Part shown: positions 33,253 through 42,588 of the stretch, piece by piece | Numbering within the stretch: position 1 is the stretch's first letter | Layout: every line of letters begins with the position of its first letter | Source: Scenedesmus sp. PABB004 | Lineage: Eukaryota | NCBI GenBank assembly: GCA_014905635.1 | Contig: CM026547.1 | Span: 2,108,001-2,172,000 of the forward strand | Length of the DNA: 64,000 bases | Direction: 5' to 3' | Made by a program: the position numbers and the translations under genes | Notes under the pieces: model-generated | Database searches by the model: none | Seen by the model: only the letters and a program-made list of their open reading frames with translations | Told to the model about the DNA's origin: nothing

Positions 33253-34240
33253 TCACGAGCGCTGCAGCTTTGCGCGCACGCGCTCCTGCACGTCGCGCGG
33301 CAGCGCGCGCAGGCCATCCCAGTCGAGCCACGCCTCGAGGTCGGTCGCGGCGCCGCGCAGCGCGGCGATCGCGACGACCATGCCGCACAGCAGCGCCGCG
33401 ACCGCGAGCGCGAGCAGCGCGCTGCTCGCGCCGAGGCTGCGGCGCGGGGCGCCGGCGCCGGCGTTGCGGTGCAGGCGGTCGATGCGCGCCTGCAGCTCGG
33501 CCATGTGGCGCTCCTGCGCCGCCGCCCAGAGGGGCATGTCAAACACCTCGTCCGCGGTGTGCTCCGGGCTGCTGCCCCTGCCCCGCGCGGCCGCCGCCGC
33601 GGCGCGGCGCGGGGCGCGCGCGCGCGCGCCTGGCGGCGCCGCCGCCGCCGGCGTGTCGTCGGCGGCGGGCGCGCCGCGTGCCGCGCGCGCGCGCGGGCTG
33701 GCCGGCGTCGCCGCCGGCGGCGGCGAGAGCGGCACCGCCTCCACGCCCGCCCACTTGAGCACGTCGCCCAGCGGGAACCAGTACTGCGGCGGTGGCCGGG
33801 CGCGAGCGCGGGGGCCGGGCGGCTCGCGCCGCGCGGGCGCGCGCGGCGGGTGCTCAGCCCCGGCGCGCAGCGCCCCCGGCACGCACACCTTCTCCCCGTT
33901 GTCCTCCATCCTGACGACGACCTGATCGGTCCGGCGGTTGTTCCAGCCCGTCACCGCCGCGGCGTACGCGGCGCCGGGCTCGTCAAAGATCGCGCCCGGC
34001 ACCTGCAGTTCCAGGCCCTGCAAAGGGCCACGGCACGCGCGCGCGTGCGGCGGCGGCGGCAGCGGCGGCGGTGCCGATCGCAGCGCGTGGGCGGCAGCGG
34101 CAGTGCCGGCGGATGCAGCGGCCCCCGAGTGACGGCGCGCCCAGGCCGCCCGGCTGCGCCTGTGTTGTTGGGATCGCTGTGCGGTGCCACACCTTGTAGG
34201 GGCAGGGGCCCGGGCCGCGCGTGGGCGTGCGCGGCGGCAT
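33253..34240 (-). CDS. Hypothetical protein: small N-terminal beta-barrel-like domain, disordered linker, coiled coil, C-terminal TM helix
   Basis: Exons MPPRTPTRGPGPCPYK | GLELQVPGAIFDEPG...VVVRMEDNGEK | YWFPLGDVLKW...QERHMAELQARID...ALLALAVAALLCGMVVAIAAL with GT-AG introns. Confidence 0.7.
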
Positions 34241-34529
34241 CTGAGCGCTCAGCAGTCCCGGACGGGCGCAGCCGGCTGCGGCGAAGCCCCGCGAGCCTCC
34301 CTGAACACGGCCTCGTGCCAGTTGATGCAGCGCAGAAGACCGCGCGCACGCCACGGGCGTGATCGAGCAGCAGCGCGTTTTCAAACGGGCTCGCCTGCTG
34401 CGGCGCTTCTCGGTCCAGCGCTTCTCGGTCCAGCGATCGGCGCGGTGAGGTCGCGTGCTGCTGAGGTCGGGTCGAAGCACTGAAGAGCTGGCAGCGCGTC
34501 AACAGGCATAACACTCGGACCGCCGCCGC

Positions 34530-35180
34530 TCAGCAAGCTCGCGCCGGCGGCGCCCGCGGCGGCGGCAGGCTGCGGTGGCGCGCGTGCATGAGCAGGCCGT
34601 GCTCGGGGCGCAGCGTGACGGCCTGGCGCAGCGGCGGGGCGGCGGCGGCGTCAGCCGGCCGGCGCGCGCGGCGGTGCCTGCGGCGGCGGCCGCACCTGGC
34701 GCGCATCGGCGGCGACGCCGGCCATGCCGCCCATCGCGGCATCGAGCTCGAACACGAAATTTCCCAGCAGCTGGGCAAGCACGGTCTTGAGCTCGACGAC
34801 CGCCAGCGTCGAGCCAGCACAGCTCCTGGTACCCGCGGAAAATGGAAGGAAGCCACGCCGCGCGGCGCCGGCGTCCTGCGCGCAGCGGCGGCTCTCAGGG
34901 CGCAGGCCGGCGGGCCCGCTCGCTGCCCCTGCTCGCCCGCGGCGCCCCACCTTGATCTCCAGCCCGCTGCTCGGCTTGGCGGGCGCCGCCAGCGCGCCGC
35001 CGGCCCTGTCGGCGGCTCGCTTGGCGCCCTGGTCGCTGCGCGCGTGCACGTCGGCGTCGGCGTCGGCCGCGACGTCGACGTAGCCGCCACCGAGCAGGCC
35101 GTCGTCGCCGCCGGCCTGCTGCAGCCAGCGCTCGGGCCGGAACGCGTCGGGCTCGTCCCAGAGCGCGGGGCTGCGTGGCC

Positions 35181-35211
<31 letters not shown>

Positions 35212-37008
35212 GCACGGGTCGGCCAGCGCCGCGCCGGCGCGCGGGACAGCAGCCGGGCCGCGCCTGCGGTGGATGGCGTATGTGGGGATGAGGATGGGCT
35301 GCCCCGGCGGCACCGCCAGGCTGCCGAGGCGCATGGGCGCGTGCGTGACGCGGATCGTGCCGGAGGAAACCACCGGGTACAGCCGCATCGACTCGTTGAT
35401 CACCGCGCTGAGGTACCGCAGCTGCGAGAGCTGCTCCCACGCGAGCGGCGGCGGGCGCGGGCGCTCGGGCGACGCGAGCAGCCCCAGCGCGCCCAGCTCC
35501 GCCGCCACGCGCGCCTCGACGCCCGGCGTCGTCGCGACGAGCGCCAGCGTCCAGCAGATCGTGTGCGCGGTCGTCTCAAAGGCCGCGCCCCAGAAGAGCC
35601 CCAGCTCCGCAAGGATCTGCTCGCGCTCCAGCGGCGCCCCTACGACCAGCGGGCGGCACGGCGGCGCGGCGCGGCGCGTCGGGCCCCCGCGCGCGGCTGC
35701 GGCGAGGCCCGACCGGGCGGCGGCGCGCGCCGCAGCCGCACCCGTGTCGTCGCGGCAGGCGAGCAGGTGCGCAGCGAGCGTGTGCGGCGGCGGCGGCTCC
35801 GCCTCCAGGTCGGCCAGCAGCTCCTCCACCAGCGCGCTCATGCGCCCGCCCCAGAAGACCAGGTCGCGGGCCGCCTGCGGCGCGCAGCTCGGCGGCGGCG
35901 CGGAGCGGCGGTCGGCGCGCAGCGGCGGCCGGCGCGCAGCGGCGCGGCGCCGGCGCCGCCGCCGCCCCCGCAGCCACGCCGGCAGCCGGCGCAGCTGCTG
36001 CGCGCGCTGCGCGCGGTCCTGACCTTGCGCCAGGAGAACCAGCGGTTGAGGGGGTTGTTGCGCGCCTGCATGGCCACGACCAGGTGCCGCATGGTCTCCA
36101 CCACCGCGGGCCCGCACGCGAGCACGCGGCACCCCGCGTCCACGCCCGCGCCCGCGCCGCCGCCGCCCGTGGCCCGCAGGTCGCGATCAAACGCGGCGAG
36201 GCCGACGACGTCGACCGTCACGCGCTGCGCGGCGGCGTCCAGGTCCTGCGCCGCGTCGGGCCCCGCCGCCGCGAGCTCGGCGACGAGGCGCTCCGTCGCG
36301 ACGTTGATGTGGGGCAGCGCGGCGCGCAGGTGGGACATCGTCAGGGCGGACGCCGCCGCGCGGCGCACGGAGCGCCACGTGGGGCTGGTCTCGAGGGACG
36401 ACAGGATGTTGGCGCGCGGGGGGCGCGCAAAGACGTTGAACTGCGGCGGCGGCCAGCCGCCGGCGGCGCGGCGGCGGCCAGGTCGGGCGCGCGCCGCCGG
36501 CACACACAAGAACAACGTGCGCGGCGCGGCGCGGCGCGGCGCACCATCGCGTACGGCGGCAGGTGCTTGTGGAGCTTGTGCGGGCCGGGGCGCAGCAGGG
36601 GCTGGTAGAGGGCGGGCGCCGTCACGACGAGCACCTGCGGGGCGGCGCAGAGGGGCGGCGGGGGCGAGGTTGCTTGCTCAGGCGGCGCGGCGCCCCGGGG
36701 GTGCGTGGCGCCCAGGCGCCTGGCCAGCCCCCTCGCTGCTGCACGTGGCGGCTCACCGGGCGCAGGAGGAAGCGGATGCGGTACACGGGCCCCAGGTCGC
36801 GCGCCCACTGCTGGAACAGGAGGTACGAGCACCCCGGGCGCTCAAGGAGCACAAGCAAGTGCCCCAGCAGCCAGTGGCCGCCGGGCTCTGGAACCCCCCG
36901 CGTCGCCCACCGGCGAGACAGCACGGAGGACGGCTGCAGCTGCTGCACCAGGAGCCAGCACAGCGCCGCCGCGAGCGCGGCGCCCGCCGCCCCGAGCGCC
37001 GACAGCAT
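34530..37008 (-). CDS. Cytochrome P450 (ER-anchored), ~8 exons
   Basis: N-terminal anchor plus PEPGGHWLLGHL, I-helix GAAFETTAHT, K-helix ESMR, FRPERW, haem motif FLPFSAGTRSCAG. Confidence 0.95.
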
Positions 37009-37023
37009 CGCCGGCAGGCGGCG

Positions 37024-37098
37024 CCCTGCTGGCGCACCTGCTGGCGCACCTGCTGGCGGCACCTGCTGGCGCACCTGCTGGCGGCACCTGCTGGCGGC
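37024..37098. repeat. Six tandem 12-13 bp units GCACCTGCTGGC(G) just upstream of the P450 ATG
   Basis: Directly visible; five units contain CACCTG. Confidence 0.9.
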
Positions 37099-37632
37099 GC
37101 CGCGGGCTGCCTGCGCGCACCACCGCGCCCGGGCCGGGCAGGCGCGAAAGGCAGACAGAGCTGCGGCACGTGTCCAGACCAGGCGCCGCCGCCGGCAGGT
37201 GCCGCGCGGCGTCGGCGGGGCGTCGCCGCCGCGGAGCAGCAGCGCTGTGCCGACCGCTGGGCCCGCGCGTGGCCGCCGCTGAGTGCCGGAACGGGAGTGC
37301 GTGGGGATGCGCCTGGCGGCGTGCCGGGCGGTCCGGGAGGTCGCGCGAGAGCCGTGCGGGCAGTCGCGCGGGCTTTGGCACGGCGCCGCGTGTAACACAG
37401 CGCGAGGAGCACGCTGAGGCCCTCTCTCGACGTCTAGCCCAACTCTTTCGACCGTGCGCTGTGCCGCCGCGAGGCGATCACCCGCGCGCGCGGTCTGGCT
37501 GAGCCATCAGCAGCAGCGCCGCTCTCGCACCGCCGCACAGGCCCGCCCGCCGCCGCGCAAGGCCGCAGCAGCAGCAGCAGGAGAAGCAGCAGCAGCATGC
37601 GCCTGCGCCATGCCGCCGCCTAGCAGCGGCGC

Positions 37633-40600
37633 ATGCGCAGCGGCGCGGGCGCGCTCGCCGCTGCGGCGCGTGTCATGCTGAGCCGCTGCCGGCACGGCGG
37701 CGGCGGCGCGGGGGCGGGCGCGCCGGCGGCCAGCCGACCGCTGCGGCTGCTGAGCGCGTCAGCGGCGGGGCCGGGCGGCGCCGCGGACGCCGGCGCCGCC
37801 GGCCCGGCCGCTGGCCGCCCGGCCGCCCGGCCGGCGCCGTCGCCGTCGCCGCGCCCGCGGCCGCGCACAGCCGCCAGCCCGCGCCCGGGGCCGCCGCGGC
37901 GGGCGGCGGGGCCGCCTGTGCTGGCGCGCCGCTCGCTCGCCGTGAGCGGCCCGCCGAGGCAGGGCGCCGCCGCCGGCAGGGCCGGCGGCAGCGGCGGCGG
38001 CAGCGGAAGCGGCGGCGGCAGCGGCAGCGGCAGCGACGGCGGCCAGCCCCGGCCGCGCGCGCCAGACGTCAACGTTACGGTGCGCGGCACGGTGCGCACC
38101 ATCACGTTTGAGAGCGGCGACACCGGCTTCAAGATCGTGAAGCTGCAGGTGTGCGGCAGCAGCGCAGCAGCGCTTGCGCGCGTCCAGCCGCGCGTCCAGC
38201 CGCGCGCCGGCGGCAGCCGACCCGCCCGCCCGCGCGCGCCCGGCAGGTGGCGGAGGGCGAGACGCTGCCGTCGGCGGACGCCGCGACCGCGCAGGCGGGC
38301 GCCGCGGTGCTCGCTGCGGCGAGCACGGGCGTGCCGCGCAGCGGGCGCAGGAGCGAGCTGCTCGCGGCGGTGGGGACCATGCCGGACGTCACGGTCGGCG
38401 CTGAGCTGGAGCTGGGCGGGCGCTGGGAGAAGCACAGCCAGTACAACTGGCAGGTCCGGTGAGGCCGCCGCGCGGGGCGCGGGGCAGGCGCGCAGGGCTC
38501 TGCTGCCTGCGCGAGCAACGCACAGCGAGGTGGGGCGTGAGCCGCCGCCGCCGCCGCCGCCGCCCGGCGCGCTCTGGCCGGCCCGCGCAGCGTTCTGGAG
38601 TACCGGCAGCTGCCGCCGAGCGACCCTGCCGCCTACCTGGTGGGCGCCATCCGGGGCGTGGGGCCGAAGACCGCGGCCGACATTGTGGCCGCGCTGGGCG
38701 GCGAGCGCGTCAAGGCGGTGCTCAGCAGCGACGCGGCGACCGCCGTCGCGGCGCTCTCGGCGGTGCGGGGCATCGGCCCCGCCAAGGCCGCCGACATCAA
38801 GCGCCAGTGGGACGAGAGCACGGGTCCGTGCGCCCCGGCGCGTCAGAGCGCGCGCATGCGCACGAGGGGCGGCGAGCACCGACACCCTGACTCGCCGCGC
38901 CCTCTGCTGCGCGCTGCGGCGCGCTCCCGCCCGCCCGCGCGCCGGCGGCGCAGGCTCGCACGACGCGTACGCCTGGCTGCAGGAGCTGGGCGTGCCGCCG
39001 TCGGCCGCCAAGAGCGTGTCGCTGTGGTGGGGCGAGCGCACGCGGGAGCAGGCGTCGCGCAACCCGTGGGCGTTTGTGCGCTGCCGCGGCTTCAAGCTGG
39101 CGCACGCCGAGGCGGTCGCGGCGATGCTGGGGCTCGACCCCGGCTCGCTGCACCGCGCGGCCGCGGTGCTGCGGCAGGTGCTGCTGGCCGCCGCGCGCAA
39201 CGACAGCGCGCAGGGCCTGCCGTGGCACGAGCTCGAGCGCCGCGCGCTCGAAACCCTGCGCGGCGCGGGGCGCAGCGCGGCGGCGCTGACGGGCCGCCGC
39301 GGCGGCGCCCTGCGGCCGTGGCCCGCGGGCGCGGGCCTGCGCCCGGGCGCGGAGCTGCTGGTGGCGGAGGGTGACGTGATGGTCGAAGAGGCGGCGCGCG
39401 TCTCGCAGCCGCGCACGGCGCACGGCGCGGCGCCGCCGCCGGCGCTGTTTGACTTTCGCGCCGTGGACGCGGGCTGGTCGGACGACGCGTTTGTGCTGCT
39501 GGCGGAGCTGCACAAGGCGGAGTGCCGCGTGGTCGACTCGCTCGTCGCCGCGGCGGCCGACTGCCACAAGGCCCTCGCGCGCCTGCACAGGGCGCACGCG
39601 GGCGCCGCGGCTGGCGGCGACGGTGCGAGCAGCGGCGAGGGCGGCAGCAGGAGAGGCAGGAGCAGAGGGAGCAGCCGGAGCAGCAGCGCCAGCGGCGGCG
39701 AGCAGCAGCAGGCGCTGCCGTACCCGCTGCTGCCGCTGGGCGCGGACGACCATGCCTGGCTGCGGCGGTGCGAGGTGGAGCTCAGCGCCGAGCTGGGGCG
39801 GCCCGTGGCGTTGAACGACGGCCAGCGCCACGCGCTGGTGCTGGCGGCGCAGCTGCCGGCGATGGTGCTGACGGGCGGGCCGGGGTGCGGCAAGACGCTT
39901 GCGAGCCAGGCGTTTGCGCGGCACGCGCTCAGCCAGGGGGAGGGGCTCGCCATGGCGGCGCCGACAGGTGGGCCGGCGCGGGGGGGTGGGGGGGGCACAG
40001 CGGGCGGCGTCGCACGCGCCGGCCGCAGCGCGCGCGGCGCTGCTAGCTCAGCGCCGCCGCCCACCGGCGCCGCTGCAGGCCGCGCCGCGCAGCGGCTGCA
40101 GGAGGTGGTGTGCGGCGCCTCGCAGGACGCGCCCGCGTCGACCATCCACCGCCTGCTCGGCTACCGCGGCCAGCGGGCGCCGTCGTCGGCCGCCGCGGCG
40201 CAGACGCGGCGCGGCACGGAGGGCGCCGCCGGCGCGGACGCCGCCCGGGGCCCGGACGGCGTCGCCTTGCCGGCATGGCCCGCCGACGAGCTCGCGCTGG
40301 GGCGGCTGTGCGAGCACAACGCTGGCAACCCGCTGCCGCACCGGCGCCTGCTGTTGGATGAGGTCAGCATGATGGACCTGCCCCTCTCCGCGGCGCTGCT
40401 GGCGGCGATCGAGTGAGGGCCGCGGCCACCGCGGGGAGAGGGGGGAGGCAGGGCGGGGCGGGGCTGGGGCGGGCCGCGGCCACGGCCGCGGCGCTGGCCA
40501 CGCCCGCCGCCCTCACCGCGCGCGCCACGCGCTGCGGCGTCGTCCCCGCAGCGAGCGCCGCAGCTCGCTGCTGCTCGTGGGCGACCCCGACCAGCTGCCG

Positions 40601-42054
40601 CCGGTCGGCCCTGGGCGGCCGCTCGTGTGCGCGCTGGCGGCGGGCCTGCTGCCCTGCGTTGACCTGCGCCAGATCTACCGCAGCGCCGCCAGCAGCGCCA
40701 TCGTCAACGCAGCGCACGCCATCAACCGCGGTGCGCACCGCCTCGTTGCGCCGCGCGCCGCGCTGGGGGCGCGCCCCTCCCCGCCCCGCCCCTCCCCGCC
40801 CCGCTGCACCGGCGCCGACGCGCCGCCCGCGCCGCGCCGCGCCGCGCCGACGCGCCCCGCCAGGCGCGACGCCGGTCATCACGACCTGGGACCTCATGCC
40901 CGGCGGCGTGCACGACGACCCGGCCGCGCTCGAGGCGGCCCTGGCGGCGCGGCTGGCGGCGGTGCCGACCGACCCCGACAGCGGGCAGCTGGCGCTGCCG
41001 AGCAACGCGCTGCTGCTGCGCCTCCCAGACGACGCCGCGGCGCACCACGTCGCCGACGCGGCGCTCGCGGCGCTGCGGGTGCTGCTGCCGCGCCTCGGCG
41101 GCGACGCGGCGCTGGACGTGCAGGTGCTGAGCCCCACCAAGCGCGGCCCCGCGGGCACTGGCCAGCTCAACGCGCACCTGCAGGCGCTGCTCAACCCGCG
41201 CGCGCCGGGCAAGGCCGAGCTGCCCGCGCACCCGCACGCGCATGCGCACGCCGGCGCGGGCGGGGGCGCGTCCGGCGCGGCGGCGGGCTCCGCTGTGGCC
41301 GCGCCGGCCGCGGCGTCGTTGGCGCCGGTGTGGCGCGTGGGCGACCGTGTGGTGCACCTGGTGAACGACCCCGAGCGCGACGTCTACAACGGCGACCTGG
41401 GCTACGTCGAGGGCGCCGACGCCGCCCGCCGGCGCCTGGTCGTGCGCTACCCGCCGCGCGGCGGCGGCGCCAGCGCCGGCGGCGCGCCGCGCTTCCACCG
41501 CGTTGCGTACGAGGGCGGCGCGGTCAACGACGAGCTGCAGCTCGCGTGGGCCGTCACCGTGCACAAGGCACGTGCGCGCCCGCGTGGGCTCGGCAGTGGG
41601 CTCGGCAGTGGCGGCGAGCCGCGCGTGCCGGCGCGTGCGCACGCGCGCCGACCGCGCCGCGCCCGCCCCCGCCCGCCGCCCGCAGGCGCAGGGCGGCGAG
41701 TTTCCGCTCGCGCTGCTGCCGCTGCACCAGTCGCAGGGCGCGCTGCTGCTGCAGCGGTCGCTGCTGTACACGGCGGTGAGCCGCGCCAAGCAGCTGCTGC
41801 TGGTGGTGGGCACCCAGGCCGCGCTGCAGCAGTGCATCGACAACCCCGGACCCAGCGCGGCGGCCGCGGTCGCCGGCGCGGCGGCTGGCGCGCCCGGCAG
41901 CGGCGGCGGCGGCTGGCAGGCCCCGGGCGCGGCGGCGGCGGCGGCGGACGTGCGGCTGGTGCAGAAGCTGCGCGCCGCGGCGGCCGCGCGGGGGCTGCGG
42001 CCCTTCCCGCGCCTCGTGTACGGCGCGGACAGGTGGAGCGCGGCGCCCGGCTAG
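37633..42054 (+). CDS. recD2: Bacterial-type RecD2 (SF1B 5'-3' DNA helicase, RecD/TraA family) with an organellar targeting peptide, ~8 exons
   Basis: N-terminal OB-like GTVRTITFESGDTGFKIVKL, HhH motifs AIRGVGPKTAADIV and VRGIGPAKA, NPW..GFKLA. Helicase motifs LTGGPGCGKT, APT|GRAAQRL, STIHRLL, LDEVSMMD, VGDPDQLPPVGPG, LRQIYR, VYNGDLG, AVTVHK|AQGGEF, RSLLYTAVSRAK. Confidence 0.93.
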
Positions 42055-42108
42055 CCAGGCTAGGCGGAGGGGAGGGGAGGGGCCGGCGCGCGAGGGTGCG
42101 TCCATTTC

Positions 42109-42113
42109 TGTAA
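42109..42113 (+). terminator. TGTAA polyadenylation signal of recD2
   Basis: 55 nt after the TAG at 42054. Confidence 0.65.
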
Positions 42114-42333
42114 GCCCACGCACGCGCTAGCGCAACACCCGTGCAAGTCAGCCCGCTCCCCAGACAAGCCCCCCTCCCTGCAACCTCCGCTCGCCTAAAA
42201 GCGCAGAGCGGTCAGTGCTCACACCTCCGCTTTGGACGCGAGAGAAGAGCATGCTTCAAGGCGCCGACCAAGGCCCCGGCCGCCCGCCGCGGTCAAGGCG
42301 AGCGCGCGCAAAGCTGTGTGCATCTGTTTGTGA

Positions 42334-42456
42334 CCGGCAACCGACGCGTTCTCCAGCAACCGCCGTTTCTCCAGCAACCGCCAGTCTTTTTCCAGCAACG
42401 GTCGGGGACCGGCGGTTCTCCGGCAAGCGGCGGTTCTCTAGCAACAGCCGGTTCTC
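42334..42456. repeat. Degenerate ~18-bp minisatellite (about 6 copies, consensus TTCTCCAGCAACCGCCGG) in a lower-GC convergent spacer
   Basis: CCGGCAACCGAC, GTTCTCCAGCAACCGCC, TTTCTCCAGCAACCGCC, TTTTCCAGCAACGG, GTTCTCCGGCAAGCGGC, GTTCTCTAGCAACAGCC, GGTTCTC. Confidence 0.85.
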
Positions 42457-42588
42457 ATAGTGCCCGCTGGCGCCACACTCAATTCGATACGTTGGAAACC
42501 ACGACACCGCAAATCAACACACGTCGGACGCCGACGACCGCCTGGCAGCTGGCCGCTGCGCACTCACAGCGCAACCGCGCGCGCCCGC

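Noticed and set aside
34530..37008. Biosynthetic gene cluster around the P450 (with GST and ABCA)
   Set aside because: There is no scaffold enzyme (PKS/NRPS/terpene synthase), and the genes are separated by unrelated housekeeping loci.
42334..42456. Possible CRISPR array
   Set aside because: The units are ~18 bp, degenerate and contiguous, without unique spacers. The context is eukaryotic and there are no cas genes.
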